Made by a program: the position numbers and the translations under genes
NCBI GenBank assembly: GCA_050012495.1
Contig: JBEKHB010000009.1
Span: 6,460 to 70,459 of the forward strand
Origin: Syntrophorhabdales bacterium
GTDB lineage: Bacteria; Desulfobacterota; Syntrophorhabdia; Syntrophorhabdales; WCHB1-27
DNA: 64,000 bases
Reading direction: 5' to 3'
In this document: piece by piece, positions 8,742 through 18,717 of the stretch
Numbering within the stretch: the first letter of the stretch is position 1
Layout of the letters: the number at the start of each line of letters is the position of its first letter
Notes under the pieces: generated by a model
Told to the model about the DNA's origin: nothing
The model's database searches: none
The model's input: the letters and a program-made list of their open reading frames with translations, nothing else

Positions 8742-9533
8742 TCATTTTCCGAACCTTCTGTGTCTGTGCTGATAGCTGCGTATCGCCCTGAGGAAGTCGA
8801 TCTTCCGGAAGAGAGGCCAGAGGGCGTCGCAGAAATAAAACTCGCTGTAGGCGCTCTGCCAGAGCAGAAAACCGGAGAGCCGTACCTCGCCGCTCGTCCT
8901 GATGATGAGGTCCGGGTCCGGGATGCCGCAGGTGTAGAGGTGGCTGGCAATATCCTCGACGGTTAATCCCTGGACCAACTCCTGCAGGGAAGACGCCTTC
9001 TTTTGCATGAGCGCCTTCCGTGCCGCCTCAACTATCTCCTCCCTGCCTCCGTATCCAATGGCGATGTTGAGCATGTGTCTGTCGAAGGTCGCTGTCGATG
9101 CCTCGCACTTTTGTATGGCCTCTTGCAGATCGGGAGGCAGGATGTCCAGCTTGCCGAAGGCTTTTACCTTGAATTTGTTCCTCACTACCACCTGGTTGTG
9201 GGACAAATCCTCCATCTTGTCCCTGATGATGTCGAAAAGCGCTTCCACCTCGTCCTTTTCTCTAAAGGTATTCTCGGGCGATAGGACCCAAATGGTCACG
9301 ATCCTGATGCCGAGATCTGCGCACCATTGAAGTACCTCATCCAGCCTCCGCGCACCCTCCCGGTGCCCATCCGCCACATCGTCGAGCCCCATCTCCCTAG
9401 CGTACCGCCTGTTTCCGTCAAGGATCAGGCCGAGGTGCGTAGGGATGGAGCGCCTTCTGATTTTGCGGGAAAGGCGCTTTTCATAAAGATAATATAGGAT
9501 TCCGTGAAACAAAGCAGGAAGATTATAATTCAT
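8742..9533 (-). CDS. cis-Prenyltransferase (UppS family isoprenyl transferase)
   Basis: Motifs HLGLILDGNRRYA, IRIVTIWVLSPEN and IIRTSGEVRLSGFLLWQSAYSEFYF...WP.F. Confidence 0.88.
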   Translation of the reverse strand: MNYNLPALFHGILYYLYEKRLSRKIRRRSIPTHLGLILDGNRRYAREMGLDDVADGHREGARRLDEVLQWCADLGIRIVTIWVLSPENTFREKDEVEALFDIIRDKMEDLSHNQVVVRNKFKVKAFGKLDILPPDLQEAIQKCEASTATFDRHMLNIAIGYGGREEIVEAARKALMQKKASSLQELVQGLTVEDIASHLYTCGIPDPDLIIRTSGEVRLSGFLLWQSAYSEFYFCDALWPLFRKIDFLRAIRSYQHRHRRFGK

Positions 9534-9578
9534 ATGAGAGGCAAAGTAACTATTTAAATGAGCGAGTGAGGAGTGCGG

Positions 9579-10796
9579 CTAGGCCGCCGCCGGCCGCTTC
9601 ACCTTCGTGGTGAGCGCCTTGATGGCGTCCTTCAATCCATCGAGGGTGAGCTCGTACATGGGGAACAACTTGGCGATCGCTTCTACCGTGGGATGGCGCC
9701 AATATTGCTTCGGTGTGGGGTTGAGCCAGACGGAGTAAGGGAAATGCTCCTTTATCCGTTGGAGCCACTCAATCCCCGGCTTGTCGTTGGAGTAATAATA
9801 GTCGATGCATCCGTACTTGTCGAACAACTCCGAGTAAGCCATTCTCGCGTCGCCTACAAAAACCACCTTATAACCGGAATGGAAATTGGAAAAGAGCTTA
9901 TCCGTCGGTGTTGCCTTGGAGTTCCACATGTCCTGGTACACATGCTCGTAGATACAGTTGTGGAAAAAATAGTGCTGAAAGTCCTTGAAATGCTCGACCT
10001 GCGTTGCCGCTGAGAAGAGCCTGTCGCACAGGTCGGCATAGGGCGCCATGGAGCCGCCCGTATCCATGGCCAGGAGGAGCCGGATGCTGTTCTCCCTTGA
10101 GCGGGAAAAAACCAGCTCTATTTCTCCCCCCTCTTTTGCCGTCTTGTCAACGGTCTCCTCTATGTCGAGCTCCTCGACAGCGCCTTCCCTCTTCAGTTGC
10201 CTGAGCTTCTTGAGGGCAACCTTGGTCTGTCTGACATCGAGGATGACGTCGTTCCGGTAATTCTTGAATCTCCTCTCCTCCGCCACCTTGACGGCTGAAC
10301 TCATCCAGCCTTCGCCGCCGACCCTGATGCCTCCGGGGTAATAACCATAGGCGCCGAAAGGAGACCTGCCGCCCGTGCCTATCCACTTGCTGCCGCCGTC
10401 ATGACGCTCCGTCTGTTCCTTCAGGCGCTCCCTGAACATCCGCATCATCTCTTCGAGGTCGTATTTCTGCTTCATCTCCTCCAGTCTCTTCTTCAGTTCT
10501 TCCAACTCTTCAGGGTCGAGCCTCGGCAGCTTGTTGACCGGGTTCTCGAGCCATTCGAGTACCTTGTCGATTTCGAGGGTTTCCGTGGAGATACCGCCGA
10601 AGTATTCCTGGAATGCGAGGTCGAACATGTCATAATATGCCTCGCTTTTCACGAGGAAGGCCCTGCCCAGATAGTAGAGGTGGTTGAGGCTCGATTGCAT
10701 GAAGCCGCCGTAAAGCGCCTCGGTAAAGGATATCCATTCGGTCACCGAGACCGGCACACCCTTTTTTCTCAGAAGGTAGAAGAAGTCGATGAACAT
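9579..10796 (-). CDS. VWA domain protein, CoxE-like (MoxR partner)
   Basis: The N-terminus MFIDFFYLLRKKGVPVSVTEWISFTEAL is typical of CoxE-like proteins. VWA/MIDAS-like region LLLAMDTGGSM. Adjacent to the MoxR ATPase. Confidence 0.8.
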   Translation of the reverse strand: MFIDFFYLLRKKGVPVSVTEWISFTEALYGGFMQSSLNHLYYLGRAFLVKSEAYYDMFDLAFQEYFGGISTETLEIDKVLEWLENPVNKLPRLDPEELEELKKRLEEMKQKYDLEEMMRMFRERLKEQTERHDGGSKWIGTGGRSPFGAYGYYPGGIRVGGEGWMSSAVKVAEERRFKNYRNDVILDVRQTKVALKKLRQLKREGAVEELDIEETVDKTAKEGGEIELVFSRSRENSIRLLLAMDTGGSMAPYADLCDRLFSAATQVEHFKDFQHYFFHNCIYEHVYQDMWNSKATPTDKLFSNFHSGYKVVFVGDARMAYSELFDKYGCIDYYYSNDKPGIEWLQRIKEHFPYSVWLNPTPKQYWRHPTVEAIAKLFPMYELTLDGLKDAIKALTTKVKRPAAA

Positions 10797-10803
10797 GGGC
10801 GCG

Positions 10804-11655
10804 TCACCTTCTCCTGATGCCGAAAGTGCTGTGGGATTGTGCCATTCTCGCGACCCTGTCCGTATCCTGCTCGCTCTTGATCAGGGTGCCGAGGAAAGGC
10901 ACTTCGGAAGTGAACTTTTCGAGGTCGAGGCCGCCCATGGCGCAGGCCTTTATCCAGTCGAGCAGTTCGCTCGTGGAAGGTTTCTTGCGGAGGCCGTCAA
11001 CCTGGCGTATCCAATAAAACTTCTTGAGCGCCTCCCGCATGAGCTTCTCCTGAATATCGGGAAAATGGACTTTGACGATCCTCTCCATCATGTCCTCGTC
11101 GGGGAACTCGATATAGTAGAAGACGCACCGGCGCAGGAACGCGTCGGGCAGCTCCTTCTCGGAATTGCTTGTGATGATCACGATGGGCCTGTGCGTCGCC
11201 TTCACCTCTTCGTCCAGCTCGTTAATATGGAAGGACATCTCATCAAGCTCGTTGAGGAGGTCGTTGGGGAATTCTACATCCGCCTTGTCGATTTCATCGA
11301 TGAGGAGCACCACCCGCTCGTCGGAGATAAACGCCTGCCCCAGCCTCCCGTGCTTGATATACTGCCTGATGTCGGAAATATCCCTGTCCTTGAAGCGCGC
11401 GTCATTGAGGCGCTGGACCGTGTCGTACACGTAAAGACCGTCCTTTGCCTTCGTGGTCGATTTGATATTCCAGGTCAACAGCTTCTTGCCGAGGGCGCCG
11501 GCGATGCTGTGGGCGAGAAGGGTTTTGCCCGTACCCGGCTCGCCCTTTATCACGAGCGGCTTGCCGAGTATGATCGACACGTTGACAATCTCCATCAAGG
11601 GTTTTGATGCAATATAGTCACTGCTGCCTTCGTAGTTCTGTCCGGTTCTATTCAT
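10804..11655 (-). CDS. MoxR-family AAA+ ATPase (CoxD-like)
   Basis: Walker A GEPGTGKT and Walker B LLIDEIDKA. The track ORF extends to a TTG at 11709. I prefer the ATG at 11655 (MNRTGQNYEGS...). Confidence 0.85.
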   Translation of the reverse strand: MNRTGQNYEGSSDYIASKPLMEIVNVSIILGKPLVIKGEPGTGKTLLAHSIAGALGKKLLTWNIKSTTKAKDGLYVYDTVQRLNDARFKDRDISDIRQYIKHGRLGQAFISDERVVLLIDEIDKADVEFPNDLLNELDEMSFHINELDEEVKATHRPIVIITSNSEKELPDAFLRRCVFYYIEFPDEDMMERIVKVHFPDIQEKLMREALKKFYWIRQVDGLRKKPSTSELLDWIKACAMGGLDLEKFTSEVPFLGTLIKSEQDTDRVARMAQSHSTFGIRRR

Positions 11656-11875
11656 CTTCTTCAAGGTCCCCCTTGGGCGTGAAAAATCGCTATAGTAGTA
11701 TATTTCCAACGCGGGTTTTTGTCAACGGTTGTATCCAAACCATACTGCTCAATGCCCGGAAAATAAGGGCAGCGGGCGACGGGACAAACCCCGTTATCCT
11801 GCGTGCCACGGAGGATGTTACCGGCCGACCAAAGACCGCCGGTTGAGGGTGAAGCCGCACCGCGAGGCATACAAG

Positions 11876-11904
11876 TTGACTTTTCGCCCGTTATTGGTCA
11901 TATT
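11876..11904 (+). promoter_or_regulatory. Sigma70-like promoter TTGACT-N17-CATATT ending 8 nt before the EF-G ATG
   Basis: Read from the sequence. No Shine-Dalgarno between it and the ATG at 11913. Confidence 0.35.
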
Positions 11905-11912
11905 CTTTACCG

Positions 11913-13955
11913 ATGAAGCGGGAAACCCTACGGCTGTCGAGAATAAGGAATATCGGCATAGCGGCCCATATAGATGCGGGCAAGACCACGGTAACGGAGC
12001 GCATCCTCTACTACACAGGCAAGACCTACAAAATGGGAGAGGTGCATGAAGGCACCGCCACCATGGATTATCTGCCGCAGGAGCAGGAGCGGGGCATCAC
12101 CATCACTTCGGCGGTAACCACATGCTACTGGAAGGACTGCGAGATACAGATCATCGATACGCCGGGACACGTCGATTTTACCATCGAGGTGGAAAGGTCG
12201 CTCAGGGTGCTCGATGGTATGGTCGAGGTCTTCTCAGGGGTCGAGGGGGTCGAGTCTCAATCGGAGACCGTATGGCATCAGGCGGATAAGTACCGTGTGC
12301 CGAGGATCGCGTTTATCAACAAGCTCGACAGGCTCGGAGCCGATTTTTTCCAGGTCCTTGATATGATGGTGGAGAAATTGGGGACCAACCCCATACCGCT
12401 CCAGATACCGCTCGGGAGGGAAGACGGCTTTTACGGCGTTGTCGACCTGATCGCGATGAAGGCCGTCGTGTGGAATGAGGAAGACCTCGGAGCGAGCTAC
12501 CGGTATGTGCTGATCCCAAAGGATGCCGCGGAAGTCGCCGCAGAGTTTCGCGAAAAGCTCCTCGAAAAACTTTCGTTGCTCGATGACCGGTTCATGGAGC
12601 GCTATCTGGAAGGTCGCGCTATTGACGAAACCTTTATGCACGAGACGATCAGGAAGGGGACCGTTGCCCTCAACTGCGTGCCCGTTGTATGTGGCTCCGC
12701 CCTTCGGAACAAGGGCATCCAGAGCCTTCTCGATGCGATCGTCAACTACCTCCCTTCGCCGCTCGAAGTGCCCCCGGTAGAGGGCGTCAACCCGGCGACC
12801 GGGGAGAGGGAGCGCCGGGAAGCGCGCGTGGACGAAGACCTGTGCGCCCTTGCCTTCAAGGTCCTCATGGAAGAGGGGCGGAAGCTCGTCTATATTCGCG
12901 TTTACTCCGGTCGGCTCGGCGTTGGGGAAGACGTGTACAACGTCAACCTCAATAAGAAAGAGAAAGTATCCAGGATCTACAAGATCCACGCGAACCGCAA
13001 GGAGCGGGTCGAAGAAGCCCTGACCGGCGCTCTCGTCGGTGTGGTGGGTCTGAAGGAGACATCGACGGGGCACACCCTCGTGAGGACGCGGCCGATCGTG
13101 CTTGAGCCGATCGGCATGTACCAGCCGGTCATTTCCATTGCGGTCGAGCCGAGGCGCAACGTGGACCAGGAGAAGCTGCTCCAGGTGCTCAACCGGATTG
13201 CGGAGGAAGACCCGACTTTTCTCGTGACTGCGGACGAAGACGCGTATCAGACCGTTGTCTCCGGCATGGGGGAGCTCCATCTCGACGTCGTGGTGCGGAG
13301 GATGAAGGAAGAGTTTGGCATAGACCTTCTCGTGGGAAAGCCGCAGGTTGTGTACAGGGAGACCATCGAACGTCAGGCCGGCATGGAGCATGTATTCGAG
13401 AAGGTGATCAACAACGTGATGTGCAAGGGTTCCGCGACATTGACGCTCATCCCGCTGAAAAGGGGCCTGGGGATCGCCATCGTCAGGCGGATCGCTGAAG
13501 ACGACCCTGCATTCGCGTATCTCTCCGCCATAGAAGAAGGCATCCGTGAGGCGGTCCAGATCGGTCCCCTCAAAGGCTTTCCCCTGACCGATATCCGCAT
13601 TGAAATTCAGAAAGCAAGCTTCAGCAACCCGGACTTTGCGCGGCTCACGCTGAAAATGGCCGCCTATGAGGGTTTTCGGAAGGCGTGTCAGGAAGCGCAC
13701 CCCATCCTGCTCGTCCCCATCATGTCTTTGACCGTGACCGTGCCCAATGAGTTCATGGGGGAGATCATCGCCGATCTCCATGGGAGGAAGTGCCAGATCT
13801 TGAACATCTCCGCGAAAGAGAAGATCACCGTGATCCGGGCCAACGCGCCTCTTACCAAGATGTTCGGTTACTCGACCGATATCAGGTCCCTTTCGCAGGG
13901 CAGGGCCTCATTCAGCATGTATTTTTCCCATTACGACCGAGTGGAGAATGAATAG
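11913..13955 (+). CDS. Elongation factor G family GTPase (not in an rpsL-rpsG-fusA-tuf context, so probably an EF-G paralog)
   Basis: G motifs [17 protein letters not shown] and NKLD. Full five-domain length (680 aa). Confidence 0.9.
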   Translation: MKRETLRLSRIRNIGIAAHIDAGKTTVTERILYYTGKTYKMGEVHEGTATMDYLPQEQERGITITSAVTTCYWKDCEIQIIDTPGHVDFTIEVERSLRVLDGMVEVFSGVEGVESQSETVWHQADKYRVPRIAFINKLDRLGADFFQVLDMMVEKLGTNPIPLQIPLGREDGFYGVVDLIAMKAVVWNEEDLGASYRYVLIPKDAAEVAAEFREKLLEKLSLLDDRFMERYLEGRAIDETFMHETIRKGTVALNCVPVVCGSALRNKGIQSLLDAIVNYLPSPLEVPPVEGVNPATGERERREARVDEDLCALAFKVLMEEGRKLVYIRVYSGRLGVGEDVYNVNLNKKEKVSRIYKIHANRKERVEEALTGALVGVVGLKETSTGHTLVRTRPIVLEPIGMYQPVISIAVEPRRNVDQEKLLQVLNRIAEEDPTFLVTADEDAYQTVVSGMGELHLDVVVRRMKEEFGIDLLVGKPQVVYRETIERQAGMEHVFEKVINNVMCKGSATLTLIPLKRGLGIAIVRRIAEDDPAFAYLSAIEEGIREAVQIGPLKGFPLTDIRIEIQKASFSNPDFARLTLKMAAYEGFRKACQEAHPILLVPIMSLTVTVPNEFMGEIIADLHGRKCQILNISAKEKITVIRANAPLTKMFGYSTDIRSLSQGRASFSMYFSHYDRVENE

Positions 13956-14913
13956 GGCAGGGGAGGTCCTCGGTTTTTTGCGGGAGGGGTCCGGCTATGT
14001 CTCGGGGGACCTCATAGCCTCGCGGCTCTCCATCAGCAGGACCGCCGTCTGGAAAATCCTCAGACAGCTCGGCCGGATGGGCTACGCGTATGATGCGCTG
14101 AAAGGGAAAGGATACCGGCTCACAGGTGCGCCCGACCGGCTCTACCCCTGGGAGGTCGAGCGATATCTGGAGACGCGGTTTGTGGGGAGAGAGATTATCT
14201 ACAAAGATTCCGTGGGCTCGACCAACGGCGTTGCCTTCGACCTGGCACTGGCCGGCTGCGGTGAAGGCACGTGTGTGATCGCGGAGACGCAAGGCGCCGG
14301 TCGGGGCAGGCTCCGCAGGCGTTGGCGTTCCCCTTACGGCAAGAATATTTACGTGTCGTCTGTCTTGAGACCGGCCCTCCACACATCGGATGTTTCTCCT
14401 CTCACGTTCATCTCCTGCCTTGCCGCGTTCGACACCCTGACATCGATGGGTCTGGCGCCCACCCTCAAGTGGCCGAACGACGTGCTGGTGAACGGCAGGA
14501 AGATCTGTGGGACTCTCATCGAGCTCATCGTGGAACCGGATACGGTGCGCTTCGTGGTCATCGGCATAGGTCTCAACGTCAACATGAGCGAGGCCGATAT
14601 GGATGAAGAGATCAGGGGCAAAGCGACGTCCCTTTTTCTCGAGACCGGAAATTGCTTTGAAAGGGCTCGTGTTTGTGGCATGCTATTGAACAATCTCGAG
14701 AAGTACTACGAGGCGGTAAAAGGCCGGGGGGTCGATGAGATCTGCCGCCTGTGGGAAGAACGGGCAAATATCAGGGGTGTCTTTATGGAGATCGTACAGG
14801 CAGACAGGGTATATCGGGGCGTCTCCGAGGGCATCGGGAGGGATGGCGCTATGCTTCTGAGAGAAGAAAGCGGTGTAGTGACACGGGTGATAGCGGGCGA
14901 TGTCAATTTCTAA
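13948..14913 (+). CDS. birA: Bifunctional biotin-[acetyl-CoA-carboxylase] ligase / biotin operon repressor
   Basis: N-terminal HTH ([13 protein letters not shown]) and the biotin-AMP loop [18 protein letters not shown]. 8-nt overlap with the EF-G stop. Confidence 0.9.
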   Translation: MNRAGEVLGFLREGSGYVSGDLIASRLSISRTAVWKILRQLGRMGYAYDALKGKGYRLTGAPDRLYPWEVERYLETRFVGREIIYKDSVGSTNGVAFDLALAGCGEGTCVIAETQGAGRGRLRRRWRSPYGKNIYVSSVLRPALHTSDVSPLTFISCLAAFDTLTSMGLAPTLKWPNDVLVNGRKICGTLIELIVEPDTVRFVVIGIGLNVNMSEADMDEEIRGKATSLFLETGNCFERARVCGMLLNNLEKYYEAVKGRGVDEICRLWEERANIRGVFMEIVQADRVYRGVSEGIGRDGAMLLREESGVVTRVIAGDVNF

Positions 14914-15697
14914 CACGCTTCTCGTCATCGATATCGGGAATACGAACGTTGTCTTCGGCGTGTACAGGGACGACACGCTCATCAACCATTGGCGGCTCAG
15001 CACGGTGCTCCACAAGACAGTCGACGAATACGCCATGCTCCTTGAGAGCCTCCTTGCCTTTGAGAAACTGAGGCTGGCCGATATAGAGAGCGCAATCATC
15101 TCGTGCGTGGTCCCGCCCCTTCTCATTTCTTTCAAAATGATGTGCTGCAAATACATCGGCATCGAGCCGATAGTCGTAGAGCCGGGCATAAAGACGGGCA
15201 TGCCCATCCTGTACGAAAACCCGCAGGAAGTGGGGGCGGACCGAATCGTCAATGCGGTGGCGGGCTACGAGAAGCACAGAAAAGCCTTGATTATTGTGGA
15301 TTTCGGCACGGCTACCACGTTCGACTACGTAACGCCGAAAGGCGAATACGCGGGAGGGGCCATCGCCCCCGGCGTCATGATCTCCATGGAGGCCCTGTTC
15401 GAGCGCGCGTCGAAGCTGCCGAGGGTCGAGCTGGTAAAACCGAAAGAGATCATCGGAAAGAATACGGTCAACGCCATGCAAGCCGGGATCGTGTACGGCT
15501 ATATCAGTCTCGTTGACGGCATCGTGGTGCGGATGAAGGAAGCGGTAGCGACGAAGCCCCGCGTCATAGCCACCGGCGGTCTAGCAAATCTCATCTACCG
15601 GGAATCCCAAAGCCTTGACGAGGTCGATGAGCTCCTCACGCTGAAGGGGTTGAAAATACTCTACGAAAAGAACAAAGACTTCCATAAGTTCAAATGA
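14900..15697 (+). CDS. coaX: Type III pantothenate kinase
   Basis: Motifs [27 protein letters not shown] and TGGLA. The birA-coaX pairing is classic. Confidence 0.9.
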   Translation: MSISNTLLVIDIGNTNVVFGVYRDDTLINHWRLSTVLHKTVDEYAMLLESLLAFEKLRLADIESAIISCVVPPLLISFKMMCCKYIGIEPIVVEPGIKTGMPILYENPQEVGADRIVNAVAGYEKHRKALIIVDFGTATTFDYVTPKGEYAGGAIAPGVMISMEALFERASKLPRVELVKPKEIIGKNTVNAMQAGIVYGYISLVDGIVVRMKEAVATKPRVIATGGLANLIYRESQSLDEVDELLTLKGLKILYEKNKDFHKFK

Positions 15698-15717
15698 CGA
15701 GGGACGAGGGACGAGGG
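15697..15717. repeat. 7-nt tandem repeat acgaggg x3 in the 33-nt convergent gap coaX/PilZ
   Basis: Read directly from the sequence. Confidence 0.9.
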
Positions 15718-15730
15718 AAAGAGCGGACGC

Positions 15731-16411
15731 TCACACATCTCCTTCTTCCGCGTCGGCGAGCGTTTTTTCCCGGCGCGCTGTCCGCTCGATGGCATAGATC
15801 CTGCGGGCCAGGGCCTGCTCGAACCGGCCCGTCGCCCTTTTGAATTCAGCCACGGCAAAGCGGAGTCTTCCCTTACCGTATGAGGTTCTGAGGAGCGTGG
15901 CATCGACCGTATACTCCTCCCCGGCCACATAGAAGCGGAGTTTCACAGGGACGCCCGCTTCAAGGGGAATAGACCTGTCATGGCCGAATCTCACGCCGCC
16001 GAGCGATATATCGGCAATGGTTGCCTTCTCGTCACACACATAGAGATCGAGGCGGCTCATGGGGGTCGGCACGACGCGGTAGCACGTCCTTACGCTATAT
16101 GAGGCCGGGTCGGCTTTTCTGCTGACGAGGAGGGCCTGCACCTGCCTGCCCGGGACCGCCCGGTAGTCATCGAGATATGAGGTAATTGCGGCAGGAAAAC
16201 CATAGCGCGCCGGCCCGTCTTTCTCCTCCACGAGATAGGTCACCGTGATCTCTCCGCCGCACACCCGGCTGTCGATAGGGGGCGTCGTCTGGGTGAGCAC
16301 GAGGGTATCGCCGCTCACCTCATAGACCATCGAGTCCATCACCAGTATATCCCTCCTCCGATGGTCCGTCTCCACGACGATCTTCACACTGAGTCCCGGC
16401 ACAACCCCCAT
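15731..16411 (-). CDS. PilZ domain (c-di-GMP receptor) protein with YcgR-like N-terminal domain
   Basis: RxxxR (VRTCYRV) and D/NxSxxG (DISLGGVRF) motifs at the spacing expected for PilZ. Confidence 0.75.
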   Translation of the reverse strand: MGVVPGLSVKIVVETDHRRRDILVMDSMVYEVSGDTLVLTQTTPPIDSRVCGGEITVTYLVEEKDGPARYGFPAAITSYLDDYRAVPGRQVQALLVSRKADPASYSVRTCYRVVPTPMSRLDLYVCDEKATIADISLGGVRFGHDRSIPLEAGVPVKLRFYVAGEEYTVDATLLRTSYGKGRLRFAVAEFKRATGRFEQALARRIYAIERTARREKTLADAEEGDV

Positions 16412-16468
16412 AATAGAGTTGTTCGGATAAAGCGGCCGGGACTTAAAAGTTTAACGTCTGCTTCGGCA

Positions 16469-16582
16469 TTATTTCCGGAAGATATATGCTGGCATAATTA
16501 AGAGACCTTATTGCGCTGATACAGTTATTAATAGCGACTATTTACGATATATGACGTGGTACGAGTTCATTTATTTCCGGAA
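16469..16582. promoter_or_regulatory. Two copies of ttatttccggaa (16469-16480, 16571-16582) containing the TTCCGGAA palindrome, 102 bp apart
   Basis: Read from the sequence. The second copy sits in a perfect 12-bp palindrome atttccggaaat. A TTGACA at 16590-16595 follows it. Confidence 0.6.
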
Positions 16583-16748
16583 ATTTTTATTGACATATTA
16601 CTCCGGCCTATTATAGGATCAATTAGGTGAGACAAAGAAAAGAGGTATGAGACCTGTGGCCCCGGATAGGCTGTTTTGCCCGATGCGGTGACCACATCGG
16701 ATCTGATTTTGATCGGATGTGCATTCTATACCGGAAAGGAGTAAAGCT

Positions 16749-17957
16749 ATGAAGAAATCCCTTTGTTGTGTGGTCCTTTCAACCCCTATTGTGATGATAT
16801 TGCTTGTAGCCGGCGTCATGGCTGCTTCCGCGCCCCAGACGATTCCGGTGGGGGTCGTCGTTTCCCTGAGCGGCTTTGACTCCAACAACGGGACACAGGG
16901 AAAGGCCGGGTTTGAGCTTGCTGCGGAGGACATCAACCGGACAGGGGGCGTATACGTGAAGCAGTATAACAAGAAGATCCCCCTTGAGCTCATCATCCAG
17001 GACATGGAATCAGATCGAAACAAGGCGATAAGCAGGATGGAATGGCTCTACACGTCGAAGAAGGTTGTTGCCTACGTCGGGATGACGCTCATCAATGCGG
17101 GTCAGGGCGTGGCGGAAAAAAATAGAGTGCCCGCTATCGTCCTTGCGTCGCCGGTACAGGCGGCTCATGACCGAGGACTCCGGTACTGGTTTTCGCCGGT
17201 CGGCAAATCGCCGGACCTCGCCAGGGTTATGTTTGATTTGCTCGACAGCGTCCCGGAAAAAGAGAGACCTAAGACGGCAGCTATCTTTCAGGAGAACAGC
17301 GAGTATGGTGTGGAGCAAGCAGAGTACTTCAAGAAAGAAGCAGTCAAGCGAGGCTGCAAGGTTGTTGCCTTCGAGAAGTATAGCCCCATGTCGAAGGACT
17401 TGAGTCCCCTCATCCTCGCGGCGAAGAACGCCGGTGCGGAAGCACTGCTGACGAATCCCGTCACCCCCGATGCCATGTTGATGATGAGGCAGATGAAAGA
17501 ACTGGATTACAACCCTAAGGCGCTTGTCGTCATCCGGGGCGCCAACGATCTTTCGTGGGGCAAGGCCATGGGACCCATGGGCGATTATGCGGTGATCACG
17601 AGTTTCTGGCATCATGGCGTGAAGTATCCCGGCGTCGACAAACTTAATGCCGCCCACCGGGCCAAGTTTGGGAGACCGGCCGATATAGAGACAGGCAATG
17701 CCTATGCCTCAATCCAGATCCTGGCAGACGCAATTGAAAGGGCGGGAACCCTGGACACGACCAAACTGAGGGATGCCATAGCAGCGATCGACGTGATGAC
17801 CGTCATTGGGAAAGTGAAGTTTAACGCCAACGGCACGGCAGTGAGTCCCTGTCCGGCCCTCGTGCAGTGGGTAGGAGGACAACAGAAACTGATATGGCCC
17901 AAGGAGTTTAGAGAGAGCTCCTACGTCTACCCGATGCCTCCCTGGACGAACCGCTAG
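16749..17957 (+). CDS. ABC transporter substrate-binding protein, Leu/Ile/Val-binding (type I PBP) family
   Basis: The ATG at 16749 follows aaggag. The N-terminus is a signal peptide (MKKSLCCVVLSTPIVMILLVAGVMAASA). Family-typical IPVGVVVSLSG...G. The track ORF starts earlier at 16719. Confidence 0.85.
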   Translation: MKKSLCCVVLSTPIVMILLVAGVMAASAPQTIPVGVVVSLSGFDSNNGTQGKAGFELAAEDINRTGGVYVKQYNKKIPLELIIQDMESDRNKAISRMEWLYTSKKVVAYVGMTLINAGQGVAEKNRVPAIVLASPVQAAHDRGLRYWFSPVGKSPDLARVMFDLLDSVPEKERPKTAAIFQENSEYGVEQAEYFKKEAVKRGCKVVAFEKYSPMSKDLSPLILAAKNAGAEALLTNPVTPDAMLMMRQMKELDYNPKALVVIRGANDLSWGKAMGPMGDYAVITSFWHHGVKYPGVDKLNAAHRAKFGRPADIETGNAYASIQILADAIERAGTLDTTKLRDAIAAIDVMTVIGKVKFNANGTAVSPCPALVQWVGGQQKLIWPKEFRESSYVYPMPPWTNR

Positions 17958-17985
17958 TCGTTTCAAGGGTGAAAAAGGGGATGGA

Positions 17986-18717
17986 ATGGCTCTCCTGGAA
18001 GTAAAGGGCTTGTCCAAATCGTTTGGCGGGCTGGCCGTCCTTTCCGACATCGATCTCCGCGTGGCCGAGAAAGAGATCGTAGGCCTGATAGGCCCTAACG
18101 GATCAGGAAAGTCGACCTTGTTCAACACGATCATGGGCTCTCTGAAGCCCGACGGGGGAAGCGTCCTGTTCCGGGGTCGGGAGATCGCCGGCCTCAAGCC
18201 ACATCAGGTCTGCAAGCAGGGCATCGGCAGGACTTTCCAGCTTACCAGGCCGTTTAACCGCATGACATGTCTGGAGAACGTCATGGTGGGGAGGTCCTTC
18301 GGGTCCGGTCCGGTGTGCAGCCTCAAGGAGACCAGGAGCGAGGCCCGGGAGGTACTCTCCTCCGTTGGTCTTTTGGAAAAGCAGAACACGGTCGCTTCGG
18401 CTCTCAATCTGATCGAACGTAAGCGACTGGAGTTGGCAAAGGCACTGGCCACCCACCCTAAACTGTTGTTGCTGGACGAGATTATGGCCGGCTTAAACCC
18501 GATGGAGGTCCGGATGGCCGTCAGACTGATCCTCCGGATCAATGATTCAGGGGTCAGTGTCATCATTGTCGAGCACGTGATGAAGGTGCTGTTAGGTATT
18601 TCGATGAGGGTCGTGGTGCTGGACGCAGGGAGAAAGATCGCGGAAGGCGCACCTCGTGACGTGGTGTCGAACCGCGACGTGATAGAGGCGTACCTTGGAA
18701 CGGACATCCATGCTTGA
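17986..18717 (+). CDS. ABC transporter ATP-binding protein, LivG-like
   Basis: Walker A GPNGSGKST and Walker B LLLLDEIMAGL, with the LivG-type C-terminus. Confidence 0.88.
   Translation: MALLEVKGLSKSFGGLAVLSDIDLRVAEKEIVGLIGPNGSGKSTLFNTIMGSLKPDGGSVLFRGREIAGLKPHQVCKQGIGRTFQLTRPFNRMTCLENVMVGRSFGSGPVCSLKETRSEAREVLSSVGLLEKQNTVASALNLIERKRLELAKALATHPKLLLLDEIMAGLNPMEVRMAVRLILRINDSGVSVIIVEHVMKVLLGISMRVVVLDAGRKIAEGAPRDVVSNRDVIEAYLGTDIHA

Noticed and set aside
12234-13781. Long antisense ORFs opposite well-recognised genes. Examples: 12234-13781(-), 28392-29294(-), 29678-31321(-), 33483-34799(+), 55149-56285(-), 58608-59675(+), 63002-63850(-), 20091-20837(+).
   Set aside because: Each lies on the complement or in an alternative frame of a gene with strong family motifs (EF-G, kinase, HtrA, FAD/FeS proteins, AOR, MATE, CtpA, LivM). 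Their translations are Arg/Gly/Pro/His-rich low-complexity strings, typical of shadow frames in GC-rich DNA.
16490-16515. A possible sigma-54 promoter (TGGCAT ... TTGCG).
   Set aside because: The GG and GC elements are 22 nt apart instead of the required 12 nt.
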